From: Delftia acidovorans NBRC 14950
GTDB taxonomy: Bacteria; Pseudomonadota; Gammaproteobacteria; Burkholderiales; Burkholderiaceae_C
Length of the DNA: 32,000 nt
Assembly: GCF_001598795.1 (NCBI RefSeq)
Contig: NZ_BCZP01000003.1
Location: forward strand, 270,001 to 302,000
Reading direction: 5' to 3'
The translations under genes were made by a program, and so were the position numbers. A model generated the notes under the pieces. It had not been told where the DNA came from. It saw only the letters and a program-made list of their open reading frames with translations, and searched no databases. The number at the start of each line of letters is the position of its first letter. Position 1 is the stretch's first letter. Positions 9,183 to 19,386 of this stretch are shown here, in pieces.

Positions 9183-10241
9183 ATGACCCAGCACCTGCCC
9201 TCGCCCATCATCTCCCCGCAGCCCGCGCCCACGCGCGGCGTGACGCTTTCCAGCTATGTGCTGATGGCAGGCGCCCTGCTGCTGATCATGTGGCAGGGCC
9301 TTTTGCCGGGCATGCTCTGTGTCTGCGTGGGCTTTCTGGTCACGCGCGCCCTTGCCGGGCTGCTGGCACGGGCCCAGCCCAAGGCCCGGCGCGGCTCGCT
9401 GCCGCGCTGGACCCAATTGGTGGCAGCCACCATCGTCATTCTTGCGCCGCTGGCCCTGCTGAGCGGCGCGCTCTCGCATACACGCACCTACATCACCGAC
9501 GCGCCGCAGCAGTACCGCGAACTGCTCGACTATCTGGCCCACACGGTGCTGGAGCTGCGTGACAAGCTGCCCGCCGACATGGCCGACCAGTTGCCGGACG
9601 GCGCGCAGGAAATCCAGCACCTGCTGGCCAGCTACCTGGCAGCCAAGGCCGGTGCCCTGGCCCATGCGGGCCGCGCCTGGCTTACCGGCCTGCTGTACGC
9701 CTATGTGGGCCTGATCATCGGCGCGCTGGCCGCCGTGCGCCCCATCACCACGCGCCGCCCGCCCCTGGTGGCTGCGCTGCGCGAACGCATCCGGCTCATG
9801 GGGCTGGCCTTCCGCCAGATCGTGGCGGCGCAGTTCTGGATTGCAGCCTTCAACACCTTCCTGACGGCCATCTTCCTGCTGGGCGTGCTGCCGCACTGGA
9901 ACCTGACCCTGCCCTACACGCCAGCCCTGATCACGCTGACATTCATCGCGGGCCTGGTGCCCATCGTGGGCAACCTGCTGTGCAATGCGGTGATCACCAT
10001 CGTGGGGCTGTCGGTCTCCCCGGTAGCCGCCGCGGCCTGCCTGGGCTTTCTGATCCTGATCCACAAGGCCGAGTACGTGATCAACGCCAAGGTGGTGGGC
10101 CAGCGCACGCACATGGGCGTGTGGGAGCTGCTGGCCGTGATGTTCGTGGCCGAGTCGGTGTTCGGCCCCGCAGGCCTGGTGGCGGCGCCGCTGTTCTACG
10201 CCTATCTCAAGAAAGAGCTGGAAGCCGTCCGGCTGGTCTGA
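9183..10241 (+). CDS. AI-2E family (PerM/UPF0118-type) membrane transporter
   Basis: The ATG at 9183 (MTQHLPSP...) is in frame with track ORF 8721..10241. The protein is polytopic and hydrophobic. The C-terminal part, FIAGLVPIVGNLLCN...LILIHKAEYVINAKVVGQRTHMGVWELLAVMFVAESVFGPAGLVAAPLFYA, is typical of the family. Confidence 0.65.
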   Translation: MTQHLPSPIISPQPAPTRGVTLSSYVLMAGALLLIMWQGLLPGMLCVCVGFLVTRALAGLLARAQPKARRGSLPRWTQLVAATIVILAPLALLSGALSHTRTYITDAPQQYRELLDYLAHTVLELRDKLPADMADQLPDGAQEIQHLLASYLAAKAGALAHAGRAWLTGLLYAYVGLIIGALAAVRPITTRRPPLVAALRERIRLMGLAFRQIVAAQFWIAAFNTFLTAIFLLGVLPHWNLTLPYTPALITLTFIAGLVPIVGNLLCNAVITIVGLSVSPVAAAACLGFLILIHKAEYVINAKVVGQRTHMGVWELLAVMFVAESVFGPAGLVAAPLFYAYLKKELEAVRLV

Positions 10242-10271
10242 GCAGCGCTCCGACCCTGGGGGTTGCCGCCG

Positions 10272-11117
10272 CTACAGCCCCCTGAGCCGCCGGATCACCT
10301 CGCGCACGGCCACGGCCTGCGCGCCCTGCTGGGAATGCAGGAAGCGCTCCAGGTCTTCGAGCGCACGCTCGGTCACTCCCCATTGCGCATAGGCCAGCCC
10401 CCGGTCACGGAAGATTTCCGGCATGTCGGGCCGCAGCACGGCCAGCCGGTTGAGCACGGCCACCAGCAGCGGCCAGTCGCGACGCGCATGGTGGATCTCC
10501 TGCAGATTGCGCAGCATGCGCTCCAGGATGTCGCGCGGCGATGCGCCCTGCAGGTACATGCCCAGCGGAGCCGCCTCCTCGGCGGACAGGCCAGCGTTCT
10601 GCCAGAAGGGCTCCAGCCGCTCGGCCAGGCTGTTGGCCGAGAAGGATTCACCGCTCAGCGGGTCCATCACCACCTGCCCCTGGGGCAGGCGCAGCTTGAC
10701 CAGGAAATGCCCGGGAAAGCTCACGCCCTGTGCCGGCAGATCGATGGCCGCAGCCAGCTCCAGCCAGATCAGCGCCACACTGATGGGAATGCCGCGCCGC
10801 GTCTGCAGCACGTGGTGGATGTAGCTGTTGGACGGGTCGTAGTAATCGTTGAGATTGCCGCCAAAGCCCAGCTCGCCATAGAAGAACTGGTTGAGCACGC
10901 GCAGGCGCTGCAGGGAATCGGTTTCGCCGGCCAGGCGCTGGAGCAGGCGCACCTGCAGCCGGTCCAGCTCGGCGCTGGCCGCCTGCAGGTCGAGATCGGG
11001 CACGGCATCCTGGGCGATGCTGATTGCCGCCTCCATCAACGGCAGGTGGTCATCGCTTTGCACCAGCGCTGCAAAGTATTGCAGGGCCGTTGGCGTGTCT
11101 TCGTAACTCCAGCTCAT
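10272..11117 (-). CDS. SirB1-like transglutaminase-fold / TPR protein
   Basis: The protein reads MSWSYEDTPTALQYFAALVQSDDHLPLMEAAISIAQD...FFYGELGFGGNLNDYYDPSNSYIHHVLQTRRGIPISVALIWLELA...FPGHFLV, the SirB1 N-terminal signature. The C-terminal region is TPR-like. It lies 58 nt downstream of murJ on the same strand. Confidence 0.7.
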   Translation of the reverse strand: MSWSYEDTPTALQYFAALVQSDDHLPLMEAAISIAQDAVPDLDLQAASAELDRLQVRLLQRLAGETDSLQRLRVLNQFFYGELGFGGNLNDYYDPSNSYIHHVLQTRRGIPISVALIWLELAAAIDLPAQGVSFPGHFLVKLRLPQGQVVMDPLSGESFSANSLAERLEPFWQNAGLSAEEAAPLGMYLQGASPRDILERMLRNLQEIHHARRDWPLLVAVLNRLAVLRPDMPEIFRDRGLAYAQWGVTERALEDLERFLHSQQGAQAVAVREVIRRLRGL

Positions 11118-11175
11118 GATGCTTTGTATATTGCAGCGCCCAAGCCTGCAATTATGCGGGTTTGGGCGATGCCTC

Positions 11176-12765
11176 TCAGCGCCGCAGCAGTGCGCGCAGC
11201 TTGAGCCCCGCCGCCCACAGCGCACCGAAGTACAGCAGCACCGAGGCGGCCATCAGCGCGGCGAGCAGGCCCACACGCTGCCAGCCGTTGGCGCGCAGCG
11301 CGATCCAGTCGAAATGCTGGCTGCCCCAGGTCAGCAGCACGGCCAGCAGGCTGCTGGCCGCGACCACCTGCAAGCCCAGCCGACCCCAGCCCGGCTTGGG
11401 ACGGTAGACACCCCGGCGCAGCAGACCCCAAAGCAGCCAGCCCGCATTGACCAGGGCCGCCAGGCCGATGGACAACGCCAGGCCGGTATGCGCCATGAAG
11501 GGCACCAGGACCAGGTTGAGCAGTTGGGTGATGACCAGCACCACGATGGCGATCTTGACGGGCGTGCGTATGTCCTGGCTGGCGTAGTAGCCCGGCGCCA
11601 GCACCTTGATGGCCACCAGGCCCACCAGGCCTGCGCCGTAGCCGACCAGCGCCAGGGCGATCTGGCCCACGTCGCTGTCCTGCAGCGCACCGCGGTGGAA
11701 CAGCGTGGCCACCAGCGGCTCGGCAAAAGTGAGCAGGCCCACGGCGCACGGCACGGACAGCAGCACCACCAGGCGCAGCCCCCAGTCCAGCATGGCCGAG
11801 TAGCGCTCCGAGTCGTCGGCCGCCTTGGCAGCGGCCAGCTGGGGGGTGAGCACCACGCCCAGCGCCACGCCCAGCAGCGCCGTCGGAAACTCCATGAGCC
11901 GGTCGGCATAGAACAGCCAGGTCACGCTGCCCGGTTGCAGATAGGAGGCGATCTGGGTGTTGATCATCAGCGAGACCTGGGCCACGCCCACGCCCAGCAG
12001 GGCCGGCGCCATCAGCTTGAGGATGCGGCGCACGCCGGCCTCGGCCCAGGCTTCGCGCAGCGCAGCTGGCGAAAAGCCGATGCGCGGCAGCAGGCCCAGG
12101 CGCGCCAGCGCAGGCAGTTGCACTGCCAGCTGCAGCACGCCGCCCAGCATCACGCCACCGGCCATGGCATAGATGGGCTCGATGCCGCGCGCCTGCAGCC
12201 AGGGCGCGCCCCAGAAGGCGGCGGCGATCATGGCCAGGTTCAGCAGCACCGGCGTGGCGGCCGAGACGGCAAAGCGCCGCCAGGTATTGAGCACACCGGC
12301 CGACAGCGCCACCAGCGACATGAAGCCGATGTAGGGGAACATCCAGCGTGTCATCAGCACGGCGGCGTCATAGCCCTCGGGCGACTGGCGCAGGCCGCTG
12401 GCCAGCAGCCAGACCAGCAGCGGCGCACCGACCACGCCCAGCACGCAGGTCACCAGCAGCACCCAGAACAGCAGCGTGGCCACGTGCGAGATCAGCGTGC
12501 GCGTGGCCTCGTCCCCCTCCTTGGCCTTGCTGGCGGCCAGCACCGGCACGAAGGCCTGGCTGAAGGCCCCCTCGGCGAACAGCCGCCGAAAGAGATTGGG
12601 AATCCTGAAGGCGACATTGAACGCATCGGTCAGCGCATTGGCTCCGAACATGGAGGCCATGAGCAGATCGCGCACCAGCCCGGTGATACGGGAGGCCAGC
12701 GTCAGCAGGGAAACGGTGGAGGCGGCTTTGAACAGTGACACCGTGGGGAGTGTATGCGCTGGCAT
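11176..12765 (-). CDS. murJ: Lipid II flippase MurJ (MviN)
   Basis: ...[68 protein letters not shown] is the canonical MurJ N-terminus, and the protein has about 14 TM-like segments. I used the ATG at 12765. A GTG at 12741 (VSLFKA...) would give the family-typical N-terminus and about 521 aa, and it is an equally plausible start. Confidence 0.9.
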   Translation of the reverse strand: MPAHTLPTVSLFKAASTVSLLTLASRITGLVRDLLMASMFGANALTDAFNVAFRIPNLFRRLFAEGAFSQAFVPVLAASKAKEGDEATRTLISHVATLLFWVLLVTCVLGVVGAPLLVWLLASGLRQSPEGYDAAVLMTRWMFPYIGFMSLVALSAGVLNTWRRFAVSAATPVLLNLAMIAAAFWGAPWLQARGIEPIYAMAGGVMLGGVLQLAVQLPALARLGLLPRIGFSPAALREAWAEAGVRRILKLMAPALLGVGVAQVSLMINTQIASYLQPGSVTWLFYADRLMEFPTALLGVALGVVLTPQLAAAKAADDSERYSAMLDWGLRLVVLLSVPCAVGLLTFAEPLVATLFHRGALQDSDVGQIALALVGYGAGLVGLVAIKVLAPGYYASQDIRTPVKIAIVVLVITQLLNLVLVPFMAHTGLALSIGLAALVNAGWLLWGLLRRGVYRPKPGWGRLGLQVVAASSLLAVLLTWGSQHFDWIALRANGWQRVGLLAALMAASVLLYFGALWAAGLKLRALLRR

Positions 12766-12870
12766 GCCCCGCCGGCCGGCGCTCCAGGCGGGCCTGGCCG
12801 CTCTTGCACTCCGTTGCAACAGGCCGGCCCGTGCGGCCTGGGCCCTCAAGGCCGTGTCCGGGCTGCGTGC

Positions 12871-12876
12871 TATAAT
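12871..12876 (+). promoter_or_regulatory. Candidate rpsT promoter -10 (TATAAT with an upstream TG)
   Basis: The sequence gcgTGcTATAATcccgcg has a perfect -10 consensus with an extended -10 TGn, 45 nt upstream of the rpsT ATG. The -35 is weak. Confidence 0.5.
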
Positions 12877-12921
12877 CCCGCGCTTCGCCGACAACATCCT
12901 CAGACACTAGGAATACATATC

Positions 12922-13215
12922 ATGGCATCCAAGCCCGCAAAGAAGAACCCCCGTCTCGCCTCCGGCCGCAAGCGCGTCCGCCAGGACACCAAGCTCAACG
13001 CAGCCAACACCTCGCTGCGTTCCAAGTACCGCACCGCCGTCAAGAAGGTCGAAAAGGCCGTTCTGACTGGCGACAAGGCCAAGGCAACCGAACTGTTTGC
13101 CGCAGCCCAATCCGTTCTGGACACGATCGCCGACAAGGGCATCTTCCACAAGAACAAGGCCGCTCGCGACAAGAGCCGCCTGTCCGCCAAGGTCAAGGCC
13201 CTGGCCGCCGCCTAA
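12922..13215 (+). CDS. rpsT: 30S ribosomal protein S20
   Basis: The protein reads [47 protein letters not shown]...[26 protein letters not shown], a full-length S20 signature of 97 aa. Confidence 0.95.
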   Translation: MASKPAKKNPRLASGRKRVRQDTKLNAANTSLRSKYRTAVKKVEKAVLTGDKAKATELFAAAQSVLDTIADKGIFHKNKAARDKSRLSAKVKALAAA

Positions 13216-13284
13216 TCCAATTAGGCAACCGCACGGATGGCTCCGGCCATCTGCCGTTTGTAACGGGTGCGCTGTCAGCGAACG

Positions 13285-13311
13285 AAAAAACCGCCTTCGG
13301 GCGGTTTTTTT
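13285..13311 (+). terminator. rpsT rho-independent terminator
   Basis: The sequence reads aaaaaa-ccgcc-ttcg-ggcgg-ttttttt. The stem has a GNRA-like/UUCG loop and is followed by a T7 run. Confidence 0.8.
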
Positions 13312-13427
13312 GTGCCTGAACGATGCTCCTGCATCCACAGGATCCACCAAAAAAACCCCACCCTCCGGAGCACAGGCGAAAAAAAACGCACCCCAGGCGC
13401 GCTTCACATCGGACGGGAACGACCCGC

Positions 13428-13459
13428 AAAAAAAAGAAGCCGGCCTCAGCGGGCCGGCT
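13428..13459 (-). terminator. Rho-independent terminator of the DUF3579 gene, overlapping its stop codon
   Basis: The minus strand reads agccggcc-cgctga-ggccggct-tc-tttttttt. The TGA stop (13448..13446) sits in the loop. Confidence 0.7.
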
Positions 13460-13763
13460 CGTCCGGCATCAGGCAGGCCTCAGCAACCTGCAGGTTGTTG
13501 TCCTTGGCGAAGTTCAGGCAGAAATCCCAGGCCATGGGCTCGTAGTCGCGCAGGTCGCGGTGCACGACCACGCACTTGACGCCATTGAGCGTTGTGGGAA
13601 CACACCAGGGCGAGTAGCTCAGGTGGCTGCCGCGCTGGGCACCACCGGGGCGAAACTGGCTCATGACGCCTGCCAGCCGCTCAGCCCAGTCGCTGGGCCG
13701 GAAAGTCTTGCCTTCATGGGTGATGCCCTGGATGAACAGTTCTTTGCTGGAGGGAGAGACCAT
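13446..13763 (-). CDS. DUF3579 domain protein (conserved betaproteobacterial protein of unknown function)
   Basis: The internal Met at 13763 gives MVSPSSKELFIQGITHEGKTFRPSDWAERLAGVMSQFRPGG...LSYSPWCVPTTLNGVKCVVVHRDLRDYEPMAWDFCLNFAKDNNLQV.EACLMPD. This matches my memory of DUF3579 proteins, which are about 100 aa. The upstream 48 codons of the track ORF are Cys/Trp-rich and look non-coding. Confidence 0.7.
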   Translation of the reverse strand: MVSPSSKELFIQGITHEGKTFRPSDWAERLAGVMSQFRPGGAQRGSHLSYSPWCVPTTLNGVKCVVVHRDLRDYEPMAWDFCLNFAKDNNLQVAEACLMPDEPAR

Positions 13764-14029
13764 CAGGATGCACGCCAAAATACGACTTGCGCAACAAGGA
13801 ACAACACAGGCGACCTGCCAAGGGGCACGGCGCCCTGCCACGTCCTGTTTGCGCAAGTCCTTCAAAAAAGTCAGAGCCCACAGGCAGGATCGCTGCCAGC
13901 AGGCCAAGCCGGCATTTTATCTCTTATATAAGAGCTGAGGCCTTGTTGCAGCGCACTACCCAAGTGTGGCGTAGGCTCATTGCATGGCTGTGATGCGCAA
14001 ACCGCAACGGTAGGCCATCGCGCGGCCCC

Positions 14030-14035
14030 TAGAAT
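14030..14035 (+). promoter_or_regulatory. Candidate -10 hexamer (TAGAAT) for argD-argF
   Basis: The sequence is cggccccTAGAATcgggc, 78 nt upstream of the argD ATG. The SD aggaga lies 8 nt before the ATG. No clear -35 was found. Confidence 0.35.
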
Positions 14036-14113
14036 CGGGCTTCGCTGTTTTTCAGGCATCTGCGGCGGCAACGCCCGGATGCCGTTTACTTTCCAGCTCA
14101 GGAGATTTTTGCA

Positions 14114-15310
14114 ATGACCGCTTTCATTGAGGCTGCCTCGCCCCACGTGATGAACACCTATGGCCGCGTACCGATCGCTCTGGAGCGAGGCCAGGGCTGC
14201 CGCGTGTGGGACGTCAACGGCAAGCAGTACCTCGATGCGCTGGGCGGCATTGCAGTGAACACGCTGGGCCACAACCACCCCAAGCTGGTGCCTGCGCTGC
14301 AGGACCAGGTGGCCAAGCTCATCCACACCTCCAACTACTACCACGTGCCCGGCCAGGAAACGCTGGCCAAGCTGCTGACCGAGCGCGCGAAGATGACCAA
14401 TGTCTTCTTCTGCAGCACGGGCCTGGAGGCCAACGAGGCCGCCATCAAGATCGCGCGCAAGTACGGCGTGGACAAGGGCATCGCCAAGCCGGTGATCGTG
14501 GTCTACGAGCATGCCTTCCACGGCCGCTCCATCGCCACCATGACGGCCACGGGCAACCCCAAGGTGCGCGACGGCTTCGGCCCCCTGCTCGACGGCTTCC
14601 TGCGCGTGCCGGTGAACGACTACGAGGCGCTCCAGAAGGCCACGGCCGGCAACCCCGACGTGGTGGCCGTGATGATGGAGCCCATCCAGGGCGAAGGCGG
14701 CCTGCACCCCATGCGCATCGAGTACATGCAGCAGGTGCGCGCACTGTGCGATGCCAACGGCTGGCTGATGATGTTCGACGAAGTCCAGGCCGGCATGGGC
14801 CGCACGGGCAAGTGGTTCGCCCACCAGTGGGCCGGCATCATCCCCGACGTGATGACCCTGGCCAAGGGCCTGGGCTCGGGCGTGCCCATCGGCGCCGTCG
14901 TGGCCCATGGCAAGGCGGCCACCGTGCTGCAGCCGGGCAATCATGGCTCCACCTTCGGCGGCAATCCGCTGGCCATGCGTGCGGGCATCGAAACCATCCG
15001 CATCATGGAAGAGGACGGCCTGCTGGCCCACACCACCAAGGTGGGCGACCACCTGAAGGCCACGCTGCAAAAGGAACTGGCCGACGTCAAGGGCGTGGTC
15101 GATGTGCGCGGCCAGGGCCTGATCATCGGCATCGAGCTGAACAAGCCCTGCGGCGCCCTGCTGGGCCGTGGCGCCGAAGCCGGCCTGCTGTTCAGCGTGA
15201 CCGCCGACACCGTGGTGCGCCTGGTGCCGCCGCTGATCATGACCGAGGCCGAAGCCGACGAAGTGGTCGCCAAGCTCAAGCCCCTGATCGTGCAATTCCT
15301 GTCCGAATGA
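14114..15310 (+). CDS. argD: Acetylornithine (succinyl-diaminopimelate-type) aminotransferase
   Basis: The protein reads MNTYGRVPIALERGQGCRVWDVNGKQYLDALGGIAVNTLGHNHPKLV...FCSTGLEANEAAIKIARK...DEVQAGMGRTGKWFA...DVMTLAKGLGSGVPIGA...STFGGNPLA, which carries class-III PLP aminotransferase ArgD motifs. argF lies immediately downstream. Confidence 0.92.
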   Translation: MTAFIEAASPHVMNTYGRVPIALERGQGCRVWDVNGKQYLDALGGIAVNTLGHNHPKLVPALQDQVAKLIHTSNYYHVPGQETLAKLLTERAKMTNVFFCSTGLEANEAAIKIARKYGVDKGIAKPVIVVYEHAFHGRSIATMTATGNPKVRDGFGPLLDGFLRVPVNDYEALQKATAGNPDVVAVMMEPIQGEGGLHPMRIEYMQQVRALCDANGWLMMFDEVQAGMGRTGKWFAHQWAGIIPDVMTLAKGLGSGVPIGAVVAHGKAATVLQPGNHGSTFGGNPLAMRAGIETIRIMEEDGLLAHTTKVGDHLKATLQKELADVKGVVDVRGQGLIIGIELNKPCGALLGRGAEAGLLFSVTADTVVRLVPPLIMTEAEADEVVAKLKPLIVQFLSE

Positions 15311-15320
15311 GTACCTGCCT

Positions 15321-16253
15321 ATGACTGCCATCAAGCACTATCTGCAGTTTTCCGACTTCACGGCCGACGAGTACGCCTATGTGCTCGAACGCGCGGCCCT
15401 GATCAAGAAGAAGTTCAAGGGCTACGAAAAGCACCACACGCTCAGCGACCGCACGCTGGCCATGATCTTCGAGAAGGCCAGCACGCGCACCCGCGTGAGC
15501 TTCGAGGCGGGCATGTACCAGCTCGGCGGCTCGGTGGTCCACCTGACCACGGGCGACAGCCAGCTGGGCCGCGCCGAGCCCATCGAGGACAGCGCACGCG
15601 TCATCAGCCGCATGACCGACCTGGTGATGATCCGCACCTATGGCCAGGACAAGATCGTGCGCTTTGCCGAATACTCGCGCGTTCCCGTCATCAACGGCCT
15701 GACCAACGAGTTCCACCCCTGCCAGATCCTGGCCGACATCTTCACCTTCATCGAGCACCGCGGCTCGATCCAGGGCAAGACCGTCGCCTGGGTCGGCGAC
15801 GGCAACAACATGGCCAACACCTGGCTGCAGGCGGCCGACCTGCTGGGCTTCACCGTCCACGTCAGCACGCCGGGCGGCTACGAGGTGGACGAGAAGCTGG
15901 CCTTTGGCGGCAAGACCCCGCGCGAGGGCTGCTACAAGGTCTTCAAGGACCCGCTGGACGCCTGCAAGGGCGCCGACCTGGTGACCACCGACGTGTGGAC
16001 CAGCATGGGCTACGAGGCCGAGAACGAAGCCCGCAAGAAGGCCTTTGCCGACTGGTGCGTGGACGCCGAAATGATGGCCGCCGCACGTGGCGATGCCCTG
16101 TTCATGCACTGCCTGCCCGCCCACCGCGGCGAGGAAGTGGAGGCCGAGGTCATCGACGGGCCGCAGTCCGTGGTCTGGGATGAGGCGGAGAACCGGATGC
16201 ATGTGCAGAAAGCTCTGATGGAGTACCTGCTGCTGGGCCGCCAGCCGAACTGA
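15321..16253 (+). CDS. argF: Ornithine carbamoyltransferase
   Basis: FEKASTRTRVSFE carries the STRTR carbamoyl-phosphate motif. HPCQILAD carries HPxQ. DVWTSMG and HCLPAHRGEEV (HCLP) are also present. Confidence 0.95.
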   Translation: MTAIKHYLQFSDFTADEYAYVLERAALIKKKFKGYEKHHTLSDRTLAMIFEKASTRTRVSFEAGMYQLGGSVVHLTTGDSQLGRAEPIEDSARVISRMTDLVMIRTYGQDKIVRFAEYSRVPVINGLTNEFHPCQILADIFTFIEHRGSIQGKTVAWVGDGNNMANTWLQAADLLGFTVHVSTPGGYEVDEKLAFGGKTPREGCYKVFKDPLDACKGADLVTTDVWTSMGYEAENEARKKAFADWCVDAEMMAAARGDALFMHCLPAHRGEEVEAEVIDGPQSVVWDEAENRMHVQKALMEYLLLGRQPN

Positions 16254-16268
16254 CAACGCAGTCCGCTC

Positions 16269-16313
16269 AAAAAAGAATGCCTGCAGGCTTTGCGCCTGCA
16301 GGCATTCTTTTTT
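16269..16313. terminator. Bidirectional rho-independent terminator between argF and the feo operon
   Basis: The sequence reads aaaaaa-gaatgcctgcaggc-tttgc-gcctgcaggcattc-tttttt. The stem is a perfect 14 bp, flanked by A6 and T6 runs. Confidence 0.9.
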
Positions 16314-16338
16314 CCCGGCGGAAGTTCGGGCTGTGGCC

Positions 16339-16533
16339 TTACGGTCCCCGCTTGTCCGGTGCGCAACTGTCCCCGCCGCAGGCACTGCAGCCGCCACAGC
16401 CGCCCCCATCCTTGGGCGCCAGTGCCGGATGCATCTGCCCGGCCTTCTGGCGCCAGCGCGCGGGCAGATAGCGCCAGACCAGAGACATGCCGGCCAGGGC
16501 CACGATCAGCCCTACGATGATGTTCTGCCACAT
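16339..16533 (-). CDS. FeoB-associated Cys-rich small membrane protein
   Basis: This is the 64-aa tail of track ORF 16339..17742, starting 14 nt after the feoB stop. MWQNIIVGLIVALAGMSLVWRYL is a single TM segment. It is followed by GGGCGGCSACGGDSC, the typical Cys-rich tail of this family. Confidence 0.75.
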   Translation of the reverse strand: MWQNIIVGLIVALAGMSLVWRYLPARWRQKAGQMHPALAPKDGGGCGGCSACGGDSCAPDKRGP

Positions 16534-16547
16534 GGTGCTTGTTCCTT

Positions 16548-18487
<1,940 letters not shown>

Positions 18488-18491
<4 letters not shown>

Positions 18492-18829
18492 GCCACCGCC
18501 TCCGGCGCCACCCGCACCAGGGCCGCCTCATGGCGGCGCAGTGCGAACGTGGCCTGGCCCACGCGCACGGCCAGCGGGTCGTCGCCCGGAAAGCCTGCGG
18601 CCAGGATGCGAACGGGCTCGCCCGGCAGGAAACCGATCTCCATGAGACGCAGCAGCAGTTCCTGCTCGGCCGTGTCGCGCGCCGCATGGAGCTCGACCAC
18701 GCGCGCCGGAACCTGGCGCGGCAGCGCATCCAGGGTGATGGCCGCAGCGGTGGCCGGGCTGGGGGAATGGGGAGGCGCGGACAGCGCGGACGGAGCCGTG
18801 GCGTCCGTCCCGGGGTTCATCGAATGCAT
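18488..18829 (-). CDS. feoA: Ferrous iron transport protein FeoA
   Basis: The C-terminal SH3-like FeoA domain reads ARVVELHAARDTAEQELLLRLMEIGFLPGEPVRILAAGFPGDDPLAVRVGQATFALRRHEAALVRV. The track ORF begins with TTG at 18844, directly abutting the Fur box. I prefer the first ATG at 18829, and 18820 is also possible. Confidence 0.8.
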
Positions 18830-18844
18830 GGCGTGTTGTATCAA

Positions 18845-18880
18845 CTGATTTTTATTCTCATTTTGATTTTGATCGAATCC
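18845..18880 (-). promoter_or_regulatory. Fur box / iron-responsive promoter region of feoA-feoB
   Basis: An AT-rich island, tgatttttattctcattttgattttgatcgaatc, lies immediately upstream of feoA. By hand alignment, 18847-18865 (gatttttattctcattttg) matches 12/19 positions of the Fur consensus GATAATGATAATCATTATC. Repeated GATTTT/TCATTT hexamers are present. On the minus strand a TAAAAA/AAAAAT -10-like element overlaps it. Confidence 0.6.
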
Positions 18881-19028
18881 CCGTGGGAAGCCCGCGCATG
18901 GTATCGGAGTAAGAGGCAGGGTCTTGCCAAAGGGCCGTCATGGTTTTTGGCGGGCTCCAGGCGCCCCGCACGCGTGCGCGCGACAATCGCGCTCCCACGA
19001 TCCGCACCTGCACCTGCTTGCCCACGCC

Positions 19029-19349
19029 ATGACCCATCCCTGCCTGAGCTGCGGCGCCTGCTGCGCATCGTTTCGCGTGGACTTTTCCGTGCACGAGTCG
19101 CAGGAGCATGGCGGCCGCGTGCCGGCCGGGCTGATCGAGGAAGTCACCGACTACACCTGCCGCATGCGCGGCACGGACTGGTCGCGCCCGCGCTGCGCAG
19201 CGCTGGTGGGCAAGGTGGGCGAGAAGGCCCATTGCGGCATCTACGAGTGGCGGCCCTCGCCTTGCCGCGAATTTGCGGCCGGCAGCGATGCCTGCAACCG
19301 CGTGCGCGTGCGCCATGGCATGCAGGCGCTGGACAGCGGCCTGCTGTAG
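19029..19349 (+). CDS. YkgJ-family (UPF0153) zinc/iron-chelating Cys-cluster protein
   Basis: MTHPCLSCGACCASFRV carries the CxxCxxCC motif. RCAALVGKVGEKAHCGIYEWRPSPCREF is the second Cys cluster typical of the family. The ATG at 19029 is in frame with track ORF 18924..19349. Confidence 0.7.
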   Translation: MTHPCLSCGACCASFRVDFSVHESQEHGGRVPAGLIEEVTDYTCRMRGTDWSRPRCAALVGKVGEKAHCGIYEWRPSPCREFAAGSDACNRVRVRHGMQALDSGLL

Positions 19350-19386
19350 CAACCAGCCAGGCGCCGCCAGCCACCACCACCAGCGG

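Noticed and set aside
11116-12738. Long antisense ORFs lie opposite murJ, and similar ones lie opposite feoB (16539..18005), permease-1 (19912..21384), the aminotransferase (21388..22707), kynU (27585..29243), purM (7960..8931) and argD (13871..15334).
   Set aside because: None shows recognisable motifs. All have Gly/Ala/Arg/His/Gln-rich low-complexity composition and mirror a strongly supported gene on the other strand, which makes them classic GC-rich shadow ORFs.
13787-13993. A 68-aa ORF lies in the DUF3579/argD intergenic region.
   Set aside because: It has no SD, its Arg/Pro/Ser-rich composition is unlike the local coding bias, and it overlaps the likely promoter/operator region.
18830-18844. 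The TTG at 18844 could be the feoA start, as the track ORF implies.
   Set aside because: It directly abuts the Fur-box/-10-like AT island, leaving no room for a 5' UTR or RBS. The first ATG (18829) is more plausible, although this is unverified.
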